DNA of 36,425 nt from positions 1 through 36,425 of the IMG/VR virus record IMGVR_UViG_3300014877_000003; one strand, given 5' to 3'. This DNA comes from a virus. Lineage: Duplodnaviria > Caudoviricetes. The first letter of the stretch is position 1. Each line of letters begins with the position of its first letter. A program made the translations under genes and the position numbers. Below the pieces are notes generated by a model, which ran no database searches, was not told the DNA's origin, and was given only the letters and a program-made list of their open reading frames with translations. Shown in pieces: positions 24,977 through 33,815 of this stretch.

Positions 24977-25231
24977 TTAAGCCTTCTTGGGGAGAGTGGT
25001 GAACTGGACCCGCTGGGCGAGTTCTTGCGCTTGCTTCTCGTTGATCATGTCGCCCACATAAGCCTTGCGATAGTCCGCTGCCGGCTTCTCCATCGTGGCC
25101 GTTACCTCCACGGACGGCGCTCCGTCGATGCGGGTGATCTTGTAGTCCCGTCCGAGACCGTTGTCGGTCCCGCGGAAGTTTCCATAATACTGGACTGTGA
25201 CCTTGATTCTGAACTCGTTCTTCGTCTTCAT
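24977..25231 (-). CDS. Hypothetical protein
   Basis: 84 aa, GATAAT box and A-rich leader. Confidence 0.7.
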   Translation of the reverse strand: MKTKNEFRIKVTVQYYGNFRGTDNGLGRDYKITRIDGAPSVEVTATMEKPAADYRKAYVGDMINEKQAQELAQRVQFTTLPKKA

Positions 25232-25285
25232 ATGTATATTGTTATTATCAGAGTTGTGGGCCCGGACTCCCGGGCCCGTTGTTGA

Positions 25286-26395
25286 TTACTCCACTAGCTT
25301 GCCACGGGTGATGATTGTTTGCGGAGCACCGTTGAACGTCCCGTGTTCCTTCACAGTGGCTTTGACTGATATCGCCTCGCCCTCGCTCGCGACGGACTTA
25401 CTGGCGAACCAAGTGACCTGGTTGCCGTCCTTGTCCTCGAAAGCGGGTGATGTAAGTCGTCCCATAGTCGCCCTCGCGGGTGGTCACGCCCTTGCACGTC
25501 AGCTCGAACACTTCCCGCACGCCTACGGTCCCAATGTGCTTCATCGTCGCCTTGCGGGCTTCGAACGCTGCCTTCTGGTCGAGGTTGCGGAGGAACTGGC
25601 CGGCATAAGCTATCAAGCTCGCCTTGCGCTCCGGGAGGAACTCGAAGTTCACCGCATACACAAGCGCCTGAGCGAACTCGTCATCCGCGGGCGCCTCGTA
25701 GTTCTGCAAGCGTTCGATGATGGCGTCCGCTGCGGCTGTGATCTCGGGAGCGAACCAAACGTCCTGCTTGCCCCCAGGAATGGAGCCGGCTGCATAACGC
25801 GCCGCTTGGCGGTGGGTGCCGTCCGCAATCACTTCCCCGGTGTAGGGGTCTTTTTGATTGTAAGTCCAGCCGTGGGTCCGATACAGATACTCCGCGATTG
25901 CGAGGACCCGGCGGACGCTGACTACGGGGAGGGTGCGGGAACCGCGCTCGTCACCCGGCCAAATCTCTTCTTCGCCCAAATTGAACATACTGAAGACGAG
26001 GTCCAGAAACTCGAGCTTGAGCAGTCCCTCGTGGCCGATATAGTCCGCAAAGCAATTCCGCCCGACCTGCATCTCCCGTCCGTCGTCCTTGTTCTGGATG
26101 ATATAAGTGAAGTTCCGGTTGCGGGCCGTGTGGCAATGATCGCAGTGGCACGGGCCCAGCGATACTGTTCCGCATCCGGGAGAACGAGGTCGTATTCGGT
26201 GACTTCCACGGGGACCACGGAGGAATGCTCCCGGGACTCGCCCTCAAGCGTCTCGATGACGATGCGGGTCTGTTTGACAGTCCGCCGGCCGAGGTTGGTG
26301 TAGGACAACGGAGAGAATCCGACGCGGGACGCCTTCTTGTTCAGGCGAGCGATTTCCTTCTCGAACGAGTGGGTCAAGCTGACAAGTATCTTCAT
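25286..26395 (-). pseudogene. Doubly frameshifted gene for a Cys-cluster plus OB-fold-like phage protein
   Basis: Three consecutive frames join into one protein: MKILVS...EQYRW | HCDHCHTARNRNFTY...QVGRNC...TTYITRF | EDKDGNQVTWFASK...KATVKEHGTFNGAPQTIITRGKLVE*; breaks at ~26150 and 25439-25442. Confidence 0.75.
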
Positions 26396-26426
26396 ATGGG
26401 TATTGATAAGCCGGTGTCGTGCCCAG

Positions 26427-26750
26427 TCACAGCGGGAGCAAGGACAGCTTGCAATCGTTCCCGCGGAGCAGGGCGATCACTTCCAGAGTTTTGGACTGGT
26501 CGCCGTGTTCCGTCCCGAGCTCGGGGTCGATACAAAGGGCCTGGATGGTGTTGGCGTCCACGAAGCTGTCCTCGACCGAGCCCTCTTCGGCGACATCGTG
26601 GAGAGCTTCGACGATATCCTGGACGGTCCCACGGAGGTTCCGCGGGAAGTCCTCGAGGGCGACAAAGCGGAGGGTGCGGACGGGCAGGGTCGACCGGGTT
26701 CCAGTGGAGTCGGTGGTGAGTTTGGATTTGAGCTTGCGGACGTTTTTCAT
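26427..26750 (-). CDS. Hypothetical protein
   Basis: Start at MKNVRK behind a repeated leader motif. Confidence 0.65.
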   Translation of the reverse strand: MKNVRKLKSKLTTDSTGTRSTLPVRTLRFVALEDFPRNLRGTVQDIVEALHDVAEEGSVEDSFVDANTIQALCIDPELGTEHGDQSKTLEVIALLRGNDCKLSLLPL

Positions 26751-26779
26751 ATGAGTATTGATAGCAGGATGTTGGCCCA
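26748..26779 (-). repeat. Leader motif A (TGGGCCAACATCCTGCTATCAATAC.CATATG), one of four copies
   Basis: 22-bp exact inverted copy at 33788-33809; degenerate copies at 26393-26425 and 33214-33245; each ends on an ATG. Confidence 0.85.
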
Positions 26780-26785
26780 AGTTGT

Positions 26786-26914
26786 TCAACGGCCCAAGAG
26801 GGCGGCGAGCTCCCGGCGCTGCATCCGGAGGAGCATCAACTGACTGGAGGTGGACGACATCGCAATGATGCGGTCGATTTCGTTGAGGAGGGCGGCGAGC
26901 TTCGTTTCGTTCAT
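26786..26914 (-). CDS. Small helical hypothetical protein (42 aa)
   Basis: MNETKLAALLNEIDRII... behind a promoter-like TTGCGC-N18-TATATT. Confidence 0.6.
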   Translation of the reverse strand: MNETKLAALLNEIDRIIAMSSTSSQLMLLRMQRRELAALLGR

Positions 26915-27168
26915 GGGATAATATAAGCAGATCAACGGCCCGGGCGCAAACCGTTGATATTCAACACGGGCCCGGACGCCCACGGTCAAGCCCGTTGACA
27001 GTTTTTCTTTACACTCCGGATTGGCCCCGGCCCTACCCTGTCCCGATCAACGACTTGCGTTGATAGGACGCAAGTGTCAAGTTTGGCGTCCGCTTTACAC
27101 TTCCCGGGCTGGTCCATCTTTGGACCGTTGCCCTGGGCAGTGGTCCGGTTAGTCCCGGGTCGCGCCGA

Positions 27169-27465
27169 TCACAGGGGTCGGACTTCGACGTTGATGATAT
27201 AACGGAACCCGGCCCACTTTTGAGCACCCTTCTGGGCATTCTTCAAGGACATGGACCATTGAAGAACTTCCAGCTTTCCCCAACCCGCGGCGATGCTCTG
27301 CTCCAGCTGCTCGCAACGGGTTCGGACCTGGCGGTCGACGTTGTCCTGGACGTTGGTGGACCAGCCGTCAGCCAAAGCCTTCTCCTGACCTGTCTTCGCG
27401 CTACAGATACGCTGGTGGGCGTGCGGGTGGGTTCCTTCGATCAGTGCCTTGTAGCATAGGGTCAC
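27169..27465 (-). CDS. Hypothetical protein
   Basis: 98 aa downstream of motif B; start uncertain. Confidence 0.5.
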   Translation of the reverse strand: MTLCYKALIEGTHPHAHQRICSAKTGQEKALADGWSTNVQDNVDRQVRTRCEQLEQSIAAGWGKLEVLQWSMSLKNAQKGAQKWAGFRYIINVEVRPL

Positions 27466-27482
27466 GGGCCCCCTCCGACCCC

Positions 27483-27503
27483 TATCAGCAGGACCCAGGC
27501 CCG
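27483..27503 (-). repeat. Promoter-like motif B (CGGGCCTGGGTYCTGCTGATA)
   Basis: 21-bp direct repeat with one mismatch at 33626-33646. Confidence 0.75.
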
Positions 27504-27736
27504 GCGCAAAGAAATCGGCTTCATTCCTCCCATTCCACAGTGCCGTGAACGGTCACCACTTTACAAGTTCCTGAAATGTGTTGTTTCAAATCGCGCGAAA
27601 AAGCCACTGCATCAGATCGTCTTCTATAGAGAGAATAGATTGTGCCTGGTCCGCCAAGGGCTAGAACTCTCTCTCTCCAGACGTCCGCCTAGTCAGCTGC
27701 ACACCGTAAGCTGTGTAGTGAAGTTTCTGTTTCATC

Positions 27737-28441
27737 CTAAATGTGGAAGTCCTTCGCGATCAGAGCCTCCAGCGCGGGCGCCTGTTCCGCATACACAGTC
27801 GGGTCCGGAACGCCAGCCAAGAAGAACGCTTCCCGACGCTCCACGCACGTCCCGCACTGGCCGCAGTGGCGATCCTCACCCGCGTAGCAAGACCAGGTGC
27901 GCTCGAAATTGACCTCCAGCTTGCACCCGATTGTCACGATGTCCGCCTTGGTCTTAAAAATGAACGGACGTTCGAGCTCAATCATTTTGTAGTCGCATAA
28001 GAGCGCCGCCGCCTGCATAGCGTCCGCAAACACGGGCCGGCAGTCCGGATAAATAGCGTGGTCGCCTGCATGCGCAGCATAGGCAACGCTGTCGCACCCG
28101 TAGGCGATGGCGTGCCCTATAGCCACAGCGAGGAGAATCATATTGCGATTGGGGACAACGGTCGCCTTCATGTTCTCCTGGGTGTAATGGCCCGTAGGCA
28201 CTTCGATGGACCGGTCTGTTTGCGAGCTGCCCGGCAGGACCCGGGCGAGCGAGTGCAAGTCCACCCGACAATAAGGTATCCCCAACAAGCTCGCTTGATC
28301 CCGGGCGCATGCTAATTCCCGGGCGTGGCGCTGGCCGTAATCGAAGGAGATAGCGCGGAGCTCATCTCCCCGGCTTTTAAGATAGTAGGCGAGGACGGTT
28401 GAATCCATCCCGCCGGACAATAGAACGACTGTTTTGCTCAT
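27737..28441 (-). CDS. queC: 7-cyano-7-deazaguanine synthase
   Basis: SGGMDS PP-loop, FDYGQRH, VPNRNMILL, YPDCRP, TWSCY...CGQCGTC..RREAF. Confidence 0.96.
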   Translation of the reverse strand: MSKTVVLLSGGMDSTVLAYYLKSRGDELRAISFDYGQRHARELACARDQASLLGIPYCRVDLHSLARVLPGSSQTDRSIEVPTGHYTQENMKATVVPNRNMILLAVAIGHAIAYGCDSVAYAAHAGDHAIYPDCRPVFADAMQAAALLCDYKMIELERPFIFKTKADIVTIGCKLEVNFERTWSCYAGEDRHCGQCGTCVERREAFFLAGVPDPTVYAEQAPALEALIAKDFHI

Positions 28442-28445
28442 ACTG

Positions 28446-29204
28446 TTATGTTCTCCCATTCCCGCTGATTGAAAGCATGCGGTCCGCCGGCACAGCGTCC
28501 ACGTCGATAGGCTCCTGTTCCTTGCGCTTGCGGATGGCGGCGAGGATTTCCAGGCGGGTGTTGAGTGGCAAGTCCAGGTCCTCCAGGCTAAAGCCCGTGC
28601 CGACGCTGCCGCTATGCTCCACCTCTAGCTTCTCCCCATACCCGCGGTCCGCATTAACGGTGCGGTTTACAAAGAGCACGGCTCCCGGGTGGCGCTGGTC
28701 CACCAAGTCCATAAGGGCGTGCTCGAAGAAGTTCTTTTTGTGCCACTGGATTTCCTCAATCATTTGGCGGAAGGCTAAGTCTTTGCGCCAATCCTCCAAT
28801 ACGTTGCGGGTAACGCCTACAAGGCGGCACGCGGTAGAGAGGTTAAAATTGCTCGTGCAAAGAGCGTGAATCCACAACTCTTGCCGCAGTTCCTTCGTTT
28901 GACCTTTAAGGATGCTTTCTATCTTTTCGTAGGCATGTTCGGAGTCATTCCAAAAGGAGAGTTGATCCCAGAGAGCTTTCGACTTGGGCGATAGTTGCTG
29001 ATACACATACCCGATAAACGTGTCTTGCTTGCCCCGCCGCTCGTCCGCCAGGGCTTTGGCCTCCTGCAATTCCGGATGGGCGGCCAGGCGCTTGTGGAGA
29101 ACTTGATTGCTGATTTCTAAGGCCGCGGCCACCTTGCTGGATTCGGACTCGCGGAGCCAGGCGTCATACCAATCCAATAGGAAACGTAAATTGAACTTTT
29201 TCAC
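28446..29204 (-). CDS. Probable terminase small subunit (HTH protein)
   Basis: Two HTH-like segments; NLSTACRLVGVTR...WRKD..F, AVLF...RGYGEKLEVEHSG typical of terS C-termini. Confidence 0.7.
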   Translation of the reverse strand: MKKFNLRFLLDWYDAWLRESESSKVAAALEISNQVLHKRLAAHPELQEAKALADERRGKQDTFIGYVYQQLSPKSKALWDQLSFWNDSEHAYEKIESILKGQTKELRQELWIHALCTSNFNLSTACRLVGVTRNVLEDWRKDLAFRQMIEEIQWHKKNFFEHALMDLVDQRHPGAVLFVNRTVNADRGYGEKLEVEHSGSVGTGFSLEDLDLPLNTRLEILAAIRKRKEQEPIDVDAVPADRMLSISGNGRT

Positions 29205-29245
29205 GCCATAAAGCTAAGAGATGAATTCGAACAAGTCCACCCCCA

Positions 29246-30112
29246 TTAAAGGCGGGCGGTTTGGCGCAGCAGGTGAATCTCTTTGGAGGACGCTTCCCCG
29301 GGGTCCTTTGCGTCTAAGACGATGTTGCTGGTTTCGCCCGGGAACAAGGCGAGCGTGCGGCAGAGTTCAATCGCTTTGCGCTGGGCTTGCGGCTCATTAT
29401 CAAAACAGATGAAGCGGTAGGGAATAGCGGCCAACTGTTCCACTTGCGCGGGTGTGAACGCGGTTCCAAAGAGGGCGGTGGCTCCGGGCCCTACCTTCCA
29501 AGCGTCCACGGGCCCCTCCACCACGACGGCGGAGAGATGGCACTCGTCCAACCCGTAAACCAAATTCTTGATATTAGTTCCGCCGTCCTCCTCCGGGGAG
29601 GCTGACAAGTAGCGTTGGGCGGAGTTGCCGATGGCGCGGGTCGTCCAGCTAGCGCGTTGCCCTTTGGCTTGAACCGGAATGTAGAGGCGCCAGCCCAAGC
29701 GTCCGCCGTCGGGTCCGATGCCTTGCACGTTCCACACCCGGGCGATCTCCTCCGGGTCCAGCTTCCGCCCTCGCAAGTAACGGATGTGGGCGGGCGATAG
29801 CGGGCCCCGACCCCGCGGCTCTTTAAGCTTTGTCAGCGTTATTACGTCCGGACGGCTCCATTGGCGCCCAGCGAGGGCTTGGCGCACGAGAGCGGGGTCG
29901 ACACCAAGCTTGAGTAGTGTAGCGTAGCTGGACTGGGCTCCACAGCGCCAGCAAGCGCATGCCCGCGAGCGCAAGTTAATGCCTAAATGATAAGACTGGG
30001 AATGGCACCACGGGCAGTCGCGCAGCTGGACCCAGCCCGGGCGGGCGTGGTGATGTTGTCCCTCCTCCACATACGCCAAGCGGGCCTCTTTGAGCACTTC
30101 GAGCAGCGTCAT
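29246..30112 (-). CDS. DNA primase-like protein (Zn ribbon + TOPRIM)
   Basis: CPWC...CWRCG; VVVEGPVD, CFDNE, KDPGE; start at MTLLEV (ATGA overlap). Confidence 0.88.
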   Translation of the reverse strand: MTLLEVLKEARLAYVEEGQHHHARPGWVQLRDCPWCHSQSYHLGINLRSRACACWRCGAQSSYATLLKLGVDPALVRQALAGRQWSRPDVITLTKLKEPRGRGPLSPAHIRYLRGRKLDPEEIARVWNVQGIGPDGGRLGWRLYIPVQAKGQRASWTTRAIGNSAQRYLSASPEEDGGTNIKNLVYGLDECHLSAVVVEGPVDAWKVGPGATALFGTAFTPAQVEQLAAIPYRFICFDNEPQAQRKAIELCRTLALFPGETSNIVLDAKDPGEASSKEIHLLRQTARL

Positions 30113-30306
30113 GCGACATGCTTTTGGGCGAACTCCCGCACCAGCTTGATCACAACGTCCCGCATCGTCTCTCCCCGCCGCGCACAAGCGGACTTGAAAG
30201 CGGAGTGGGTATCCTCCGGGATGCCTTGCACGAACAGGGTCTTTTTGTGCCGCGGTTTCCCAGGATCGGCCGGCAGCGGGGATATTCTGCTTCGGGGTCT
30301 TATCAT
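30109..30306 (-). CDS. Ribbon-helix-helix DNA-binding protein
   Basis: TLFVQGIPEDTHSAFKSACARRGETMRDVVIKLVREF. Confidence 0.8.
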   Translation of the reverse strand: MIRPRSRISPLPADPGKPRHKKTLFVQGIPEDTHSAFKSACARRGETMRDVVIKLVREFAQKHVA

Positions 30307-31658
30307 AAATAGTTCTCTGGTTTCATTAACTCATCATATATATTTAGCGGATCGAACGCTTCTCCGCCATCTAAGACGGAGCCCAGGACCTCGGCTTTCC
30401 GCTGGAGCATGCTGACCAGCTTCTCCTCCACCGTGTCCCGGGCCGTCAAATAATGAGCGGTCACTTCCAGCTTCTGCCCAATGCGGTGGATGCGGTCTTC
30501 GCCTTGTAATAAGTCGCCCGGGGTCCAGGGATAGTCCAGCGCCGCAATGTCCTGGGCCGCGGTCATCGTGTTGCCAACGCCCGCGGCCCGCCAGTTGCCT
30601 ACCAAGAGCCAGGTGGAGCGGTGGCTTTGGAAGCGCCGCACAGCCTCGGTCCGCTTGCGTCCCCGGATGCGGCCATCGACAATGACCGCCGTAGGAAAGC
30701 GTTTCACCAAATAGTCGATCACGAAAGTGTTCATCGTGAGTGCGACCAGCTTCCCGCCCGGGTGCACGGCGCGAAAGCGGGTGATCCAGCGGACCATAAG
30801 CTCCAGCTTCAAGCGGGCGACCAGGCGGAGCAAGTAGCCCACCTTTACTAAAGCCATGCTCTTTCGAGCCCGGCGGGCCCTTAGCGGGCTTTGATTGTGA
30901 AGCCACTCCCGGAAGTGGTCTTGGGCTTTTCGATACTCCGCCAGCCCTTCCGGAGCTAGCTTCATCACGACCACCCGCCGCCGCTTGTTGGGCAGCTCAG
31001 TCATCACTTTGGACTTGAGCCGGCGGATCATACATTCCTCCCGCAGGATGCGGTGAAGCTCGCCTAGGTGCTCCGCGCCGTCATACTTCCAGCCCCACGG
31101 GGTCTTGCGCGGCTTGCAGTAGCGCCAAGCATACACGGTCCAGTCGGGGAAGATGTCGGGGCGGATAAGCCGCAGGACGTTCCACAGCTCTATCGGGCGA
31201 TTGGTGAGCGGGGTCCCGGACAAGCCCAGCACCGAGGCGGCTCCCCGGACGAGCTTCAGCGCGGCTTTGCTGCGGAGGGTAGACTTCTCCTTGCAGTAGT
31301 GGACTTCGTCGAAGATAACGCATTGCGGGCGGGCGGCGGTCAGCACCGGCAGCCAGCTAGGAAGGGTGTCGTAGCTGACGATGACAATGGGCCCGGGAAG
31401 CGTCCGCTGGCGAGTCGGCATCATCCCCTCCAGCACTTCCACCCGCATGCCAAAGTGGAGAGCTGCCTCCGCATGCCAAATCCACATCAGTCCCGCGGGC
31501 GTCACAATCACGACGGGCCGGCGCCGGCGGATCTTGTGCACCCAGAACAGGGCTTGAATAGTTTTGCCTAGACCCATCTCGTCCGCCAAAAGAGCTCGGC
31601 CGCCAAAGTCGTAGATGGCGCGGGCGCCTTCCAGCTGGAAGGGTTTCAGCTTTGTCAT
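30303..31658 (-). CDS. SNF2-family helicase/translocase
   Basis: LLADEMGLGKT, DEVH, LSGTPLTNRPIELW, QGEDRIHRIGQ. Confidence 0.95.
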   Translation of the reverse strand: MTKLKPFQLEGARAIYDFGGRALLADEMGLGKTIQALFWVHKIRRRRPVVIVTPAGLMWIWHAEAALHFGMRVEVLEGMMPTRQRTLPGPIVIVSYDTLPSWLPVLTAARPQCVIFDEVHYCKEKSTLRSKAALKLVRGAASVLGLSGTPLTNRPIELWNVLRLIRPDIFPDWTVYAWRYCKPRKTPWGWKYDGAEHLGELHRILREECMIRRLKSKVMTELPNKRRRVVVMKLAPEGLAEYRKAQDHFREWLHNQSPLRARRARKSMALVKVGYLLRLVARLKLELMVRWITRFRAVHPGGKLVALTMNTFVIDYLVKRFPTAVIVDGRIRGRKRTEAVRRFQSHRSTWLLVGNWRAAGVGNTMTAAQDIAALDYPWTPGDLLQGEDRIHRIGQKLEVTAHYLTARDTVEEKLVSMLQRKAEVLGSVLDGGEAFDPLNIYDELMKPENYL

Positions 31659-32215
31659 ACTGTATTATCAGCCCACACCTCGCGGAACGCCGCGCCTATC
31701 TCCTCCGTAGCTTCCCGAAACCGCTGCCCGCTGTATCCCTTGTGGTTGATCAAAAACCGCCGAACCCGGTTGAGCAACCAATGCGGGTGGAGCACGCCCT
31801 CGAGCAGTTCCTCGGGAGTCTCCACGAGCAGCTGGACGATCTCCCGGGCGTCCGCCGACAAGTCGCCCGCCGCGTCCAAGCACGGACTGCGGGCCGCGGG
31901 CGCCTTGAGCTTTAGCACACCGCGCAAGTTCTCCTGAAATTCAATCTGCGGGAGCCGGGCGTGGCGCTTGCCCAGCTCTTTAATGCGGCTCTTGATCTGC
32001 CACTTAAAGATCATAGTGTAGAACGTTGAGAACTTAACTCCCTTTGCGGGATCGTAATACTGCCACGCCTTCATGAACTGCCAGTAAGCTTCCCGCAAGC
32101 ACTCGTCGAAGGGCCAGTTGTATTGCGTGGCAGCGTCCCACGCCAGCTTGTAGATCAAGTCCTGCACTTGCGCCAGCATCGCGTCCGCCCGCGGTTTCTT
32201 CTTTCTAAGATTCAT
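31655..32215 (-). CDS. Sigma-70 region 2-like transcription factor
   Basis: LIYKLAW...DECLREAY..FMKA...YDPAKGVKFSTF; no clear region 4. Confidence 0.75.
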   Translation of the reverse strand: MNLRKKKPRADAMLAQVQDLIYKLAWDAATQYNWPFDECLREAYWQFMKAWQYYDPAKGVKFSTFYTMIFKWQIKSRIKELGKRHARLPQIEFQENLRGVLKLKAPAARSPCLDAAGDLSADAREIVQLLVETPEELLEGVLHPHWLLNRVRRFLINHKGYSGQRFREATEEIGAAFREVWADNTV

Positions 32216-32270
32216 AACGAAGGTTAGCAACCTGGGCCGGGTGGGTCCAGCCCAGATTGCAAATTTGTTT

Positions 32271-33008
32271 TTAGCTGCCGATGGACGTAGAGCTGGACCC
32301 GCCGTTGACTTGGCGGAGGTTCACCGTCTTGCCCTTGGCGTATCCCGTGTGATAGGCGCCACTATCCATCGAGCGTATGGACGACCTGCGAGCTTTGCCC
32401 AACATCGGATATTCTTCCTTCATCCGTTGCTCCACGAGGGCGTTCTTGTCCACGACGACGAGGGCCCAGGACTGCTTCTCCGCGGAGGAGAGTGCGGCTT
32501 CCGCCCGCTTGTTTGCAGCCAGGAGCCCGTTATAGAATCCCAGGTAAGCTCCGTTCGCCGTGCCTGCCACATAGTCCGTCTCGCCGTAGGACTTCCGGAT
32601 CTGCCAGTAGCAATCCCAGAAAGCTTCTTCCAGCCACCCAAACAAGGCGCAGCAAACCGCCACGTCGAACGTCTCACCGATAAATATGTAGCTGCGATAA
32701 GAAGTGATGATGATGATGCGAATTCCGAACACTTCCATCAGGGTGGCGCAAACATACCGGTGATACGGGCGGAAATGTTTGGACCGGATCTTGACGGAGC
32801 CCTTGTCCGTGGTGATGGTGCTCTTATTCTTCCCGCTCTTGTCCTCCAGGGAGATGTCCGCAATCTCCAAGTGGTAGCGCATTGCGATTTCTTTGGCCTT
32901 GCCCATTGCGGCTTCCATTTCGCCCTGGGTCGCTCCGCGCCCGTGGGCGAGGTTGAGGCACTTGCGGATCTTCTCGAGGACTTCGTCGCTGACTTTGTTA
33001 TTGCTCAT
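32271..33008 (-). CDS. DUF2786-domain protein
   Basis: VLEKIRKCLNLA...EMEAAMGKAKEIAMRY; C-terminal AYHTGYAKGKTVNL. Confidence 0.85.
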   Translation of the reverse strand: MSNNKVSDEVLEKIRKCLNLAHGRGATQGEMEAAMGKAKEIAMRYHLEIADISLEDKSGKNKSTITTDKGSVKIRSKHFRPYHRYVCATLMEVFGIRIIIITSYRSYIFIGETFDVAVCCALFGWLEEAFWDCYWQIRKSYGETDYVAGTANGAYLGFYNGLLAANKRAEAALSSAEKQSWALVVVDKNALVEQRMKEEYPMLGKARRSSIRSMDSGAYHTGYAKGKTVNLRQVNGGSSSTSIGS

Positions 33009-33027
33009 ATTGTTGTCTGTTTGAATG

Positions 33028-33216
33028 TTATGCGTTGTAGAGTTCGATATACTTGGCGATTTGCTCCGGCGTCCCCGTGACGATCACTTTGGTGTGGGCG
33101 TCCTGCTGGTCCACTTGGCATCCCGATTCTTCGGCGGGCGTGAGCACTTGCTCCAGCTGGGACTCGTTGGCAATTCCGGTGAATGTGATCTTGCTTACAG
33201 TTACTCTTGTTCTCAT
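33028..33216 (-). CDS. Hypothetical protein
   Basis: 62 aa behind leader motif A. Confidence 0.65.
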   Translation of the reverse strand: MRTRVTVSKITFTGIANESQLEQVLTPAEESGCQVDQQDAHTKVIVTGTPEQIAKYIELYNA

Positions 33217-33236
33217 ATGCGTATTGATAGCAGATG

Positions 33237-33464
33237 TTAGACCCAGTAGTTCGGTTGGGTAGGGTCGCAGGACTGGCGAAAACGGACCACGTCAAAGCCC
33301 TTAAGAAACTGCTCAGCAACTTTGATGGTCGCTGCCTCGATAGTAAGAGCCGCAGCGAAGGCATACTCCGCGCCGGTGATGTTGCCAGCGGCTTCATTGC
33401 GCTTGGCGGTCCGGCGCCAGTCCCGTGCCTCTTCGGCGAATGCTGCGATGATTTGCTTATTCAT
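33237..33464 (-). CDS. Hypothetical protein
   Basis: 75 aa; C-terminal FDVVRFRQSC. Confidence 0.65.
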   Translation of the reverse strand: MNKQIIAAFAEEARDWRRTAKRNEAAGNITGAEYAFAAALTIEAATIKVAEQFLKGFDVVRFRQSCDPTQPNYWV

Positions 33465-33468
33465 ATTG

Positions 33469-33618
33469 TTACTTGGTGGACCGACTGCCGTAGCGGATCA
33501 GGTTCCGAAAGTAATTGCGGGCCGCTCGGTTGGAAGCGTCCATCCGGTCTTTAGCACGGGCGATTGCTTGCTGCTTCGGGCTCATTCTTTCCCACACGGT
33601 TTGCTTGTTTGCGTTCAT
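33469..33618 (-). CDS. Small hypothetical protein (49 aa, not in track); first gene of the leftward unit
   Basis: MNANKQTVWERMSPKQQAIARAKDRMDASNRAARNYFRNLIRYGSRSTK behind motif B. Confidence 0.6.
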   Translation of the reverse strand: MNANKQTVWERMSPKQQAIARAKDRMDASNRAARNYFRNLIRYGSRSTK

Positions 33619-33815
33619 AAAATATTATCAGCAGAACCCAGGCCCGCTCGATACAAGCTTAACACCCGGGTGGGTCTGTCCATCTTTGAATATCTGTCCA
33701 GGACAGACTAGACCATCACTGGACCGTCGGCCCGGGCGGGTCCGCTAGACCCATATACTATAGTTCAACAGATCATCCCGATTCCGCTGGGCCAACATCC
33801 TGCTATCAAGTCATC
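33619..33815. promoter_or_regulatory. Divergent control region with operator-like palindrome
   Basis: Strand switch; TCTGTCC-A-GGACAGA palindrome 33693-33707; motif B on the left, motif A on the right. Confidence 0.7.
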
